A stretch of DNA of 63,051 nucleotides, filler included, from Pelomyxa schiedti (taxonomy: Eukaryota; Protista; Evosea): NCBI GenBank assembly GCA_020536535.1. It is 6 parts of 6 records of this genome, joined end to end, with 100 filler letters (N's around TTAATTAATTAA, not from the genome) between each part and the next. Parts side by side here need not be neighbours in the genome. Positions count along the whole stretch, not along the records: positions 1 to 17,720 come from JAHLWZ010000539.1; positions 17,821 to 43,431 come from JAHLWZ010000032.1; 4 more parts are not named here. One strand, written 5' to 3'. This document shows, piece after piece, positions 11,434 through 23,083 of the stretch (within the stretch, counting starts at the first letter, position 1; every line of letters begins with the position of its first letter). Below the pieces are notes generated by a model. That model did not search any database. It was not told where the DNA came from and was given only the letters and a program-made list of their open reading frames with translations. The position numbers and the translations under genes are program-made.

Positions 11434-13954
11434 TTAAGTTATTCTCTCTGGTGGGACTCTGTCAGTGTCCTCCAGAAGGTATTCAGTCTCTGGGAAGTAC
11501 TGTCTTTTGTGGATATACTTACACACTAGCAATGCACACATGCTCACGAAGGAACCGACTTCTAGTACAATCAACACTGGTATGAAGGTTTGTCCACGCA
11601 CAACAAGAGCATTAATAACCAGGGCAAAGAGCATCAAGAAAAATCCCGCAAAAACATATGCCCCAGAAGAAATGGACCCTGCGAGAAATTGGTATTTAAA
11701 AAGTAGAAGTGGGGAAAAAACCAAAAAGCTGTTTCGGGAATAGTTCNNNNNNNNNNNNNNNNNNNNNNNNNNNNNNNNNNNNNNNNNNNNNNNNNNNNNN
11801 NNNNNNNNNNNNNNNNNNNNNNNNNNNNNNNNNNNNNNNNNNNNNNAAAGAGCATCAAGAAAAATCCCGCAAAAACATATGCCCCAGAAGAAATGGACCC
11901 TGCGAGAAATTGGTATTTAAAAAGTAGAAGTGGGGAAAAAACCAAAAAGCTGTTTCGGGAATAGTTCTCTGACCAGCTCAAACACCAGTGGGGGTATAGT
12001 TGCCCGGTAAAAGCAGAAGATGATGAAGGTAAAATACTGAAGTCCTTCAATGCCACGAATTAGTGCCAACGCAGTCCATAAAGGTCCTGTAAACATGAGG
12101 TACACCACAGCAGGTGTGGTACCTAGTCTGTATCACGTCAAGTTAATTGAGGTGGAAAAAATAGGAACCGCACCTAAATACAAATATAAGGAGCCAATTG
12201 GCAAGGAAGCCAAATGGCCAAATAAAAGAGGAGATTGCAAGAAGTTTGCTGGCCAGTTCCATATCGCCAAACATCTCCCACTGTCACAGTATTAGATATA
12301 TATATCAGACTTAAGTTGAAGGAAGTTGATACTTGCAGTAATTCATACTGTGTTCCGAGGTAAAAACTGTCTTGGGTTACTAAACAAGAAACCATGCAAA
12401 CCCTGCAGGCATTAAAGGAAAAGGTAGAATATGAGGCGCTAACAATATACTAATGAAGACACATTCCATGTTGGAAAGTCTCGGCTTCCTTTCTGACAGT
12501 TTAGGTGAAATGAAGTTGGTAGGGCGTAGTTTTACCTGGTGTTGCCACAGGAGTTTGCAGGTCAACAGCTGAACGAAGAGCAGGTGGGGTGGAAACAATG
12601 ATAAAGGGAATAAGGAAGATAATGATGAGGATGAATATGATGCAAAATACTCCTGGAATGTCGAGAGGTGTATAGTTACAAACTATAGCGATAATCCAAG
12701 TAAAACTAAAGACTTGTAAATTCTAGCAAGTTTACTCATTAAGCAACCTTTGGGATGCTACAAGGAATGCGTTTGTTGTAGCATTTACAAAATGAGGTGA
12801 AAAAAACTGTCTTCCCTACGATGTGTGACAAACAAGAAAAAAATTGTGGGAAGACTGGAGGTACAGTGTAAAGAGAGGCTATGCTGGGAGCATATGAGAG
12901 GGAAACAAGAGTAAGACCGCCGATTGTTAAACTCAGCTACAGAGGGACATTAATTCAGAGAGATTTAAATTAAAGTGAAACCATGGCATAACAGAATGTC
13001 ATCAACGCGAACTGTGCACCCCAATGGAGATTCCGGGCCTCTGTAAGAAGTCCGTATCTGGGGTCCAAATTAAACTGGTTAAGGAAATTGTAACCATACA
13101 GTGCTAACAGAGGAAGACAGCAGCAACATAACGCGGATGTAACCTTCCTTCCCCATTTATCAAAAACCATTCCTACAAATATACCGCATGAATATTGTAC
13201 AGCTGTGCCAAACATGTATGTGAAGTTGAGGAGGAAGATCTGGGTTGGACATGTACTCGTTCCCTACAACAAAGTTGTTTTGTGTGTTAGTAAAAAANNN
13301 NNNNNNNNNNNNNNNNNNNNNNNNNNNNNNNNNNNNNNNNNNNNNNNNNNNNNNNNNNNNNNNNNNNNNNNNNNNNNNNNNNNNNNNNNNNNNNNNNAAA
13401 TATACCGCATGAATATTGTACAGCTGTGCCAAACATGTATGTGAAGTTGAGGAGGAAGATCTGGGTTGGACATGTACTCGTTCCCTACAACAAAGTTGTT
13501 TTGTGTGTTAGTAAAAAATCTCTAAAATAATTTAAAAAAGGAGAGTGAAAGAGAAAATGAAAATGAGACCTCATAGGATGAGTGCCACGATGAAGTGGAG
13601 TCATCACACACGCCATAGTACACGTATTCCCTTATGTACAAGGGCTTCAGCGCAGCATAATTCCACAAGCACGAAGCCAAAAAACTGTTCAAAGTAGAAA
13701 CCCACAGCCACCTGTGTGTGTCCGTGTGTGAGTGCGTGCGCCAGTCAACACATGCCAAAAAAAACACGTGTGATAAGATTCACGTGAAATACTCCGGCTT
13801 TCGCACTCCCAAAGAAAAAAAACGAAAACGCCAAACGAGCCGAATAGAACCTAGTGAGCACGGCTCTCCTCACTTTCACCAACTCGGCACCCTCGTCCTC
13901 GTCTGTATCGATATCGTCGTCAGTTCCCCACCAACCCTTCAGCTTCTCCCGCAT
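11434..13954 (-). CDS. MFS transporter, SLC43/LAT3 (FMP42)-like; multi-exon, spans two gaps
   Basis: Many hydrophobic helices; N-terminal SCLWNYAALKPLYIREYVYYGVC; MFS loop motif GMVFDKWGRK. Confidence 0.65.
11627..11966. other. 100-N assembly gap (11747-11846) with ~120-bp identical flanks
   Basis: 11627-11746 is repeated at 11847-11966, which looks like an unmerged contig overlap. Confidence 0.9.
13177..13518. other. 100-N assembly gap (13298-13397) with ~120-bp identical flanks
   Basis: Sequence AAATATACCGCATG...GTAAAAAA occurs on both sides of the gap. Confidence 0.9.
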
Positions 13955-14050
13955 TGTTGTGTTTATTCCGTAGTCTTGAGCTTAACGTTCGCCGAAATTG
14001 TTTTGATTTTAGTTATTAGCCGAACTCAAACAAACACTGGAATAAAAATT

Positions 14051-16827
14051 TCAGTGAGAATTTCTTAGTCTCCTGAGGTGTTCTTTTGAGGATGTGTCAC
14101 CCTGAGCAGCAGATAGCATGAACAGCCTGAATGCCTCCCTCCTGTCCTTTATCCCGCATATCCCATTCTCATACCTCCCACCAAGGTTCCTCTGGGCCAG
14201 TGCATACCCCTGTGATGCAGACATCCTGTACAGCTGCAGTGCCTCTGCCGGCTTGCGGGCCTTGCACACCCCAAGTGCCTTCTCATAGCATACTCCCAGG
14301 TTGTTCTGTGCCGGTGCATTTCCCTGTGAGGCAGCCAGCTGGTACAGGTGTGATGCCTCCACTGGGTCCTTGGCTGTCCCTTCACCATTCTCATAGCACC
14401 ATCCTAGCTGGCACTGTGCCAGGGCGTTGCCTTTGTCAGCGGCTAGGTGGTAGAAGTGACAGGCCTGGCTGGGGTCCTTGGCCACCCCTTGGCCGTATTG
14501 GTAGCTCCAAGCTAGGTAGTACTGTGTCATGGTGTTACCTTGGGTGCCAGAGAGGTGGTACCTCCGCACAGCTTCTTTGAAGTTCTGTGATACCCCAACT
14601 GGCCAGTGGTGCATGAACCCAATGAGATAGTGTCCCACAGCTGGAATATGTGCCGGCGAAGTTGTTGCGGTCATTCGGCCGAGTAGCCGCAGTGTGAATT
14701 GGTGGGAGGATGGTGTGCAGCCCCGGGATTTGTCCAGGTAGTCATACAGTGGGTATACCGCGTAGGACCGGTGGTGGAACAGGCTCGGCTGAAGGTCGAA
14801 TATACAGCTGAGGAGGAGGTATGCAACTGCGTCGGCATATTGTTGCTGTTGGCTGTCAACTTTCTCTTGAATGGCGAGGCACCGCTTGTATGTCTCCGAG
14901 TAGTTACCCTCCGCAAAAAGCACAAGTGTTTGATAGGCAAAGTCTTCTTCAGCTGTGTATTGTCTGTATGAGTGAAAGGAGAGGAAGTGTGATTTACCTT
15001 GGTTGAATCCTGCACTGGTTTTCACTTGGGGTGTGTTCAACCGGTTAATTGTTGGTGAAGAGGGGGGGAGGAAATTTGTTGGTACAGAAACTGTGAGATT
15101 TCTGGAAGTGGTGCCTTGCCACATGTTAAACACACTATTGAAGTGTAGTGGGTAACCAGGTTACCAAAAGTAAATTGTCCGTAGTTCAGTTGCCCTTGGA
15201 GGATGTCCATTGAAGAATCAAAGGTAATAGAGCTACAACAGATCGAGGATGCAAGTACCTAAATGTTCCTGTTGGACAATGAATTACAAATAGTTATACC
15301 TCTTCATTACACAGAGAAAGGAGGTATTTGGTAAAGATTTGGTGTAGTTGCCTACTGTTCACCCTGGTTGAGATGCTGTTTGCCGCTTCGATGGCGCGCT
15401 TTAATCTCAGTGTATGGAGTGAAAGAAAGGATTCTTGACTGAGAAGCAATGTATCTTTTGGACAATATTATCGTAATGGTGGAAGAGATATTACCCAACC
15501 AGTTGAAGTTTCAATTTGATCCAGCACGGAAATAAGATAATTTTGCCGCTGACTCAGCTGCAGGTGTAGCTTTGCAAAATTGAGATTGATTTGATCCTTT
15601 ATTTTTGTGCAATTCTGTGTGGAAAATAAGTTAACCCAATGAAACAATATATATTATATAACCTCTTCGAGTGTCTTTCTTGTCAAAGAAAAACAAAGCA
15701 ATGCTTTCGAAATGTTGTCGATCTCAGTTGCAACTCGTTTTGCCATTTCAGATACTTCCTTGCAAATATTCTCAGTAGCCGGACCAGGTCGAAGGCATGT
15801 ATTTGGAGTAAGTGATTGAACTGGAACATCAACAGCAATAAACTAGACTTGGTAAAATTTTCAAAAATTTGTTTTATTGTGCCAAACCTGATGCCCAAGA
15901 CGCAGTTTTTTATGGAGATTGGCAGTTGCCTTGACACAGAACCTGGTATCACAAACCCGAATGAAGCAAGTTTTACAAAACTGGCTGAAAGGTTTCTGCT
16001 CACAGACATCGCACATAACTTTCTATATCTGGTTAAAGGGACAATGAACTTGAAAGAGAGGTATGAGTACCAGTAGTCTAGGAATTCCAGAGGAATTAGG
16101 AACCGGAGTGGCACTTCCGCACATAGGACAGCGAATGTGTACAAAACCGCTTGGTGCGTCCTTAGCCCTCATGGCCTCGCACATTGCCTCCGCGTTTTCC
16201 TGTGTGAGGGTAATGTTTAATTCATTGTCATATTTTGACAACACGGCGACAAGCAACACAACATACCATAGTAAAAGTAGGTGGCTTTGGCTTCCCCAAT
16301 CTTGTGCACCAGTTGGCCCTCCCGCACTCCCCATTATACACCCTGCTCACGCACTGCCCGCACGCAATGTGCCCGAACACATTGTCCCTCCCCGGATCCC
16401 CCTCCCCCTCCCGCTGTACCTGCACCTGCACCCCCTCGGCCTCCCCGTCCCCGTCCCCTTCAGCCGCCATTCCCTCTCTCGTGCCTCCGCCCCCGCCGTT
16501 GCTGCGCCGCTGCGGGCTCTGGCTCGCGCTCCCGCTCGCGGACCCCCGCTCCTCCTCCTCGTCCCGCTGTTTCGCCGCCTCCGCGTCGCCGGTGCCGGTA
16601 CCGGCGTCGGCGGTGGTGGAGCCACCGGGCTGGGCGCATGCGGAGAGGGACACCGGGAGCCGCGCCTGCCTCAGGCAGAACACGCACGCGATGGCGAGCG
16701 ACGGCGCCGCCCGCTGCTGCGCGTACGCGGAGCAAGAGGAGGCGGCCCCTCCGCCTACCGGCGACGTGTTGCTGCTGCTAGATGCGGTTGCTGCGTCCAC
16801 GCTGTGCCCCGAGCCAGTGCCCTGCAT
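14051..16827 (-). CDS. RING - B-box - coiled-coil - SEL1-repeat protein (TRIM/RBCC-like E3 ligase); multi-exon
   Basis: RING: CVFC..SAC[insert]GHIACGQC..CPMC. B-box: CDVCEQKPFSQFCKTCFIRVCDTRFC...H...GH (~15890-16023). Helical exon KIKDQINLNFAKLHLQLSQRQNYLI. SEL1 repeats AQCQLGWCYENGEG, AQNNLGVCYEKALG, AQRNLGGRYENG. Confidence 0.8.
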
Positions 16828-16950
16828 CGGCTTTGGTTTGCGCGATTGATGGTTCCGGAAAATGGGAAAAACAAAGCGCCAACATTGGCGCTTCTTTTTC
16901 GCAAGAAGAACCGACAACAAGAAGTTGCCAACAAATAACATCATAACACC

Positions 16951-17720
16951 ATGGAGCAACCACAACACCCCAACCGACAAACAAAACACTCTCGGAACAC
17001 ACAGTGCTGTTGGCCAACAGTTATAACGACAGGCGCACAGAAAAAACAACGTGGGCAGTTTGGCAAAGTGGTCACAGTGGTGGCACCTTGTTTGCCGTGC
17101 TCTACAGAGGCCAGGCCGTGCAAGGAAACCACGAGGAGGAGGAGGAGGAAGGGCAAAGAAGCCCCACAACCATCGCCGATGCCTCCGCTCATGAGAGACC
17201 AGGTTCTGGCTGTGGCTGTTGGGACTCACCCCAGATGCGGGGCGCGATGCCAGCTCTTTCTGATGAATGGTGATGATGGGAATTTGGTGGTGCGGCTGTT
17301 GTGGCAGTGGCTGTGGGGCAATTCGAGGTTCTACTGTGTATTTTTTGTGTTGGAGGACCCTGGAGATGTCTTACCCAGTGTGATGATCACTTTTGGGGTC
17401 TCATTGGTGCTGTTGACTCTCACACATGAAATGAGGTGGTGGCTTGAGAGGACAGAGGCGGACGACATTCTCTGCGGTGCAAATCAGTACTACTTGGTGC
17501 TGCGGACATCGTCACATTACGTCCTTCAGGACAGGGCGACTGGTCAGAAGATACAACTGCTGGAAGACAAGTGGGCTGGTTATAATTATGGAATCAATGG
17601 GAAGTGGTTTGTGGTGTGTGACACTGCATCAAGAGAGCTGGTCATTGTCGAGATACCAAAGAAGAACTCAGAAGGGGAAATCATTAGGAAGAAGCCAACT
17701 GTTGTAGCACTGGACACAAG
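16951..17720 (+). CDS. Intronless family member, 5' part (cut at scaffold end)
   Basis: RDQVLAVAVGTHPRCG..VVRLLWQWLW..RFYCV..MITFGVS..THEMRWW..NGKW..IVEIPKK, alignable with 6207-7085. Confidence 0.75.
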
Positions 17721-17820
17721 NNNNNNNNNNNNNNNNNNNNNNNNNNNNNNNNNNNNNNNNNNNNTTAATTAATTAANNNNNNNNNNNNNNNNNNNNNNNN
17801 NNNNNNNNNNNNNNNNNNNN
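17721..17820. other. Artificial contig linker N-TTAATTAATTAA-N
   Basis: Palindromic 12-mer with stops in all six frames, inside N runs; recurs five times in the window. Confidence 0.97.
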
Positions 17821-18964
17821 GGTCCTGCTGTCAACTGGGTGATGTTGAGTTGGCCAAGTGGTTCATTGAAGAAAAGGGAATCATTCCCACAGATTCTGAA
17901 TTCATCTTTGCATGCACAAGCCCCAGTGACAACTTGGGGTTTGTTCAGTGGCTCTTCAAGCAAGTTTCCACAAGCAGTTCTGAATTGCTGATGGCTCTGA
18001 AGATGGCACTGGCCTGCCAGAACGACTCGATTTCCAAGTGGTTGGAACAGCGCTACATCGCAACGGCTGGCACAAGGCCAAAATTCTCACTGGCGGAACT
18101 GATGGAGACCTCAGAAGAAAACTCCACAAATCGACATGAGGACTGGCTCGATTGGTTGTTTGGACACTCGAGCTTGTGTGACATAGATCACAGTGAACCC
18201 GAGCTTGCCGAATTCATGGATCAGGTCTCTCAAAGCAACTCCCAGTTCCAGGTGGATGTTGCTGTTTCTGCTTGGAAAAAGTTTCCTTCATTGTCACCAA
18301 TCACTCACCATGAGCGGATGTTGGATCTATTTCACTCCGTTCTTTTCTATGGGAATAAAGTGCAAGAATTTGCCTCCTTTGGTGAACTCACCCGTTCTGA
18401 ACTGCAACAGTGCATGGACTACTATTATCCATACTCCAGCAAGGTTGGAAAATGGCTGGTCAGGGAGTGCTGCTTCAGTGATCCTCATGCCGAAGTCACA
18501 GTCAAGAATTTCCCATCCTCTTGTGGATTGTTTTTTGCATCAATTCAAGTCAACAAGCGGGGTTTTGTCAAGTGGCTCTTCAACACCTTCCACTTCACAT
18601 TCGATGAGGTTTGTGTGTCTCGCTCTCCTTGCTCCCTCCCTCCACACAATCTCAATCTCAATCACAGGTCCTTTCTGAATTAAAAACACGTGAACTTGGA
18701 AATGATGTGGACCTTGCCACATGGAAGCTTCTTATGAGGCTCTTCCCATCAGAAATCACCAGGGATGTGCTCATCACACACCCGAACTTGATGATGGTTG
18801 CCACAGCCACGCCTCTGCATGCTGAATTTACCCTCAAAAGGGTTCCAGGAGTCACCATTGATGACATCAAACAATGCTCCTCTGACCATGCTCTTCGTTG
18901 GATGCGACCAACTGTCTCCCATCGCCAAATGATTGACATTTGGGCAGGAGGACAGTGGAGTTGA
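17821..18964 (+). CDS. Ankyrin-like family protein, 3' part; intron 18609-18667
   Basis: Shares SSKVGKWLV, KWLFNTFHFTFDE|VL and DLATW motifs and the intron position with the 270-2517 gene. Confidence 0.72.
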
Positions 18965-19247
18965 CACCCACCAATCATAAAGGGTTTCTCAAAAAAAATA
19001 AAAATGTTCAGCCCCCAAAGGGTGTCGGACCCAATGACTGACAGTTGAAGAAACTTGAGGCTTTTCCGCAACTTGTTGGGTCAGTGTCTCCCACAGCTTT
19101 TTGTGGGAGTATCATACGAGTCTCAACAAGTTATGAGCAATCAGTCCCATCCGATGGTGGGGGCAGTTTTTGGGTTATCAAAGGCCTCCTTTACCCGAAA
19201 TAAATCGGCCCCTTCAATACTTATGGGTCAGGTAATTTTCTGTGATG

Positions 19248-21769
19248 TTATTCCGTGTCCATTGAATCCTGTAGCTGGGTTATGCTTGTTGGTTCTTCTT
19301 GTTTCTTGTTATCATCGTTGTCACTGTCTGTGAAATACTCAATGACAGTAAACAAGGGTAGGAGATTAATAGCACGCGTGCACAACTTGATATCCTTGGT
19401 GTTGTATTGTATCCTGGTCAGTTTATCGGCTATCCCGTAATCAATAAGTGTCTGTGTGAACTGGTCAGTTGAGCCTTCTTCATTATCCAGTCTTGTTGCT
19501 CTGCGGATGGCCTGAAATGAAGTAAGATTTGGGTTGGGAGTTGTAGAGGGCAAACTAACATGAAGAGCAATGCCAAGAAGCTGGGTGTCCTTATCACCAC
19601 AGTCAAGGGCATCGAACAGCCCAACAAGTGCACGCAGAGCACCTTTATTGAACAGCGCTCTGTTGTGCAGTGTTAATAACTTCTCGCAAAGAAGAAAACG
19701 GAATCACACACCTAGGGACATCAACTGATCCACCACGCGCTGCATTGCACACAATCCACNNNNNNNNNNNNNNNNNNNNNNNNNNNNNNNNNNNNNNNNN
19801 NNNNNNNNNNNNNNNNNNNNNNNNNNNNNNNNNNNNNNNNNNNNNNNNNNNNNNNNNNNGCACCTTTATTGAACAGCGCTCTGTTGTGCAGTGTTAATAA
19901 CTTCTCGCAAAGAAGAAAACGGAATCACACACCTAGGGACATCAACTGATCCACCACGCGCTGCATTGCACACAATCCACGCGGCTTCCATCCTGATGTC
20001 CAGGGCTTCACTTGCACTCATCAGTTCAATAACCCGCTCAAAGAGTCCGGGCTCCGCTGCTATGAGCCGGACTTGTTCCCTATATATTGTGTGTTCGTGT
20101 ACGTTTTGGTAAAAAGCTGGGTTTAAAGGAATGTCGTTACCTTATGCCGGCGGCAATGTTAGAGAGCTGAAAAATGTTAAGGTTGTGCGACACAAAATAG
20201 AAAAGGTTCACACAAGCCAGCATGTCTCCTTTTTTACACTCCTGGCAGGGCTGTGTAGTCTGTGGCAACATTAGAATAAACAGTCGGAATATGAAAGAAA
20301 CAAACAAGGGAAGTAATTTTGGCAAGACTCCAGCATCAATCACAGCCTGGAGTATTAATGTGTTGGATGAAAATATGGGAGTGCATTAGTCTAATTTCCA
20401 AAAACCTGAGTATCCTCGTGGCTTTTATTTTGGTTAGAGAGTATATATCACGTGTGAAACTGTTGATACCTCCCAAGAGCAATGGTTCCCAATATACGTA
20501 TTGCTGGTACTTGCACAGAGATATTATTAATCTGCGAGATCGTATCGTTGTCATCAAAGAGAAAAATCGGGAAAGAACAAACGCCGAGACTTCTGACAAT
20601 GTTGGGACACATTCCCAGAGAAATTATGTGCTTGGAGAACTCAGTAATGCCACTCAAGGATCTGAGAGACCTTTTTTCTGTGGGTAACGAAAAAGTATTT
20701 GAGAGAGCCTAACAAGATTGTGTCTTCAATAATGCCCATATCCGAGCACTGCAAAAGAGCTGCAAGTGTGGAAAAGATGTTGAATGTTGGGGCTGCGCAG
20801 ACAAGTATATGTAAGTCGACAGAAATTCGGAAAATGTGACACAGTACTCACTTGGAAGGAAGTACTTGACAGGGGGTGGTGGTTCTCCTCGACATCCATT
20901 GGAGAATGCCCAAATCTGATTTAAACAGATGAGTGAGATGAAAAGAGATGAGGGCCGCACGGCATATTTCAAAAGTGAGGGTTTGTTTTGGAACGTGTGC
21001 ATTGCATTGACAACAGCCGGAATAAATCCAAGTTCCAGAATGGCGTTGCGCAATTCTGGGCCGGTTCCTGCGATATTTCCAAGTGCCCATATTGCCTGTT
21101 CATGATCCAATCAGTCATTACAGGTCAACTTTAAGAAGGAAGAAAAATAAAAAAAAGGGAAATGAAAGAGAAAAGAAACCTGTTCACAGACAAGGGAACT
21201 TGGGGACGAAAGAAGTGAAGTGAGATGAGGCAGTGCCCCCAATTCAACAACTTTTAGCGTTTGGTTGGGATCAGTTCCACTGCAAACTTAACAAGCCCCT
21301 GAGTCAGGAAAAACGGAATAAGACTTACGATTTGTGAGAACCCACAGAGCCTCGTATTGCAAATCGGTGTTGTCACTCTGCGGGAAGAAAACGGATTCTA
21401 TAAGATGATGGATAACGAAATGCAAAAAAAAGTTACCGCAGAAAGGAACTGAATGATTCTAGAAACACAGCCAGGACTTGCCAGAACCTCATCAATAGGT
21501 GGAGTTCCTTATTGCCATAAATTGGAACGAAAAAGAGAAGCTACCCCAATGAGCGTAACTACCGTACCGTTAGACATTAGCTTTCTCAACTCGAGGAGTG
21601 CACTCATCGCTGTTGCAAAATCGGGAGACATCACTCCCCTGCACATCTCACCAACTGTGCTGAAGTCATTAGCATGAACGGTCCCACCCTCGCCCCTAGT
21701 TGCCGGTGCAGGTACGCAATCCATCAAATATGAATGTCCTTTCCTTGAAGACTTGGCTTGAGTTGACAT
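19248..21769 (-). CDS. Importin-alpha-like ARM-repeat protein lacking a recognisable IBB domain; multi-exon
   Basis: ELRKLMS..PPIDEV, LQYEALWVLTN, VVELGALPHL, EQAIWALGNIAG, IWAFSNGCRGEPPP, PAIRILGTIALG, VIDAGVLP, NIAAG, IRMEAAWIVCNA. Confidence 0.88.
19639..19980. other. 100-N assembly gap (19760-19859) with ~120-bp identical flanks
   Basis: GCACCTTTATTGAACAG...CACAATCCAC occurs on both sides of the gap. Confidence 0.9.
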
Positions 21770-21953
21770 TGTGCTGTAGTGGCGGGTGAATATCTCGAGA
21801 TATCCTTAAAAACCCACATGGGCTCTCACTCTCAAAAACAACAAACACTCTGATCGTGCTTTTGCGCCGAAATCAAACACACAATCAAAATCAAACACAA
21901 CCAACCCAACGACTTTTCTGAGGTTGTAACAACCTGTCACCATTTCTACGCTC

Positions 21954-22804
21954 ATGAGCACGAGCACGAGCACGAGCACAGCAGCAACAGCGGCGGGGCC
22001 GGAGCCACCGGGGGCGGGGGCCGGACGCCCGCGAGGGTGGTCGCGCAAGACTGCAGTGTTCATCGGTGGGCCGCACATGCAGGGCGACGTGACCGAGTGG
22101 GGCACCGAGGAGTCGTGGCACAACCCAAACTGGTCCGTCAGATTCGACGTGCGTCTGTGTCCCCTGCCCCCCTGCCCTGCCCCCCCCCTTCCCCGGCTCA
22201 CTGATGCTACTAGATACTAGATAATAGATAGCGTGGAGAGTAATGTTGTACTATTATGGTTATTATTATTATCACTCACTAACTATCTATCACCGCGTTG
22301 TGCGTTGTGCTAACACACATTATGCGAGATAGTAATGTTAGTATTAATTGCGGTATTATTTGTATTCAAGTACAAATTGAAATGCTCTGTTCAGCGGTGT
22401 TTATTGATCCTATTGTTCTCTCCTTCTCTTATTGTAGCGGGGTTGCAAGTTAGGTAACTAATGTTATGTTTTTATTAGGTTGATGAGGATGGGAATGTGA
22501 GCGGAGGGAATAGGAATGAGGGCGTGTCACAGCCACTAAAGACATATTCCGGTACATTCAAGAACGGCCACATGCGGATCGTCAGCAACCACGACGTTAC
22601 TTACGAATCCGATTTAACCGTATGTGTTTCCATATGAATACATATAATAATAATAAAATAAGAGTAATAGAAATTAGTTGTAAGAGCAGTTGACCTAAAC
22701 ATGTTCCCATCAAACAGAATGGACAAATGTGCCGGGTTGTACTGACCCATGCGTCATCCGGCAGAAGTGTCGGAAGAGGCATTGCGCAAATAAAAACTGG
22801 TTAA
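21954..22804 (+). CDS. Small (~140 aa) hypothetical beta-rich protein; 3 predicted exons
   Basis: In-frame splicing gives ...WSVRFD|VDEDGNVSGGNRNEG..YSGTFKNGHMRIV..YESDLT|NGQMCRVVLTHASSGRSVGRGIAQIKTG*, with GT-AG sites. Confidence 0.55.
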
Positions 22805-23083
22805 TGTTAATCTGCTGGCACTGCCTACTTTCCCTCTGTACAACAAACAAAAAAAAAAAAGTAAATAAAAACAGCCCTTGTACTTCCTTTCGGTCTTTGG
22901 TTGTTATTGTTACAAGGGAAAAAAAAGAGGATCAGACTAGGTGTATCAACATGCTTAGTTCCGAAAAACAACGGATATTGTTTTCATCAGACAACAAGAA
23001 AGTTTCCCGAAAATTTTTTTAAAAATTGCCTCTCTACAAGCATAAAAAGACTTGTGGTACTACCTCCAGCAACAATAACACAC

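Noticed and set aside
11627-19980. ~120-bp direct repeats flanking the 100-N gaps as tandem duplications or LTRs
   Set aside because: They are identical, of uniform length and always abut a gap, which fits unmerged contig overlaps.
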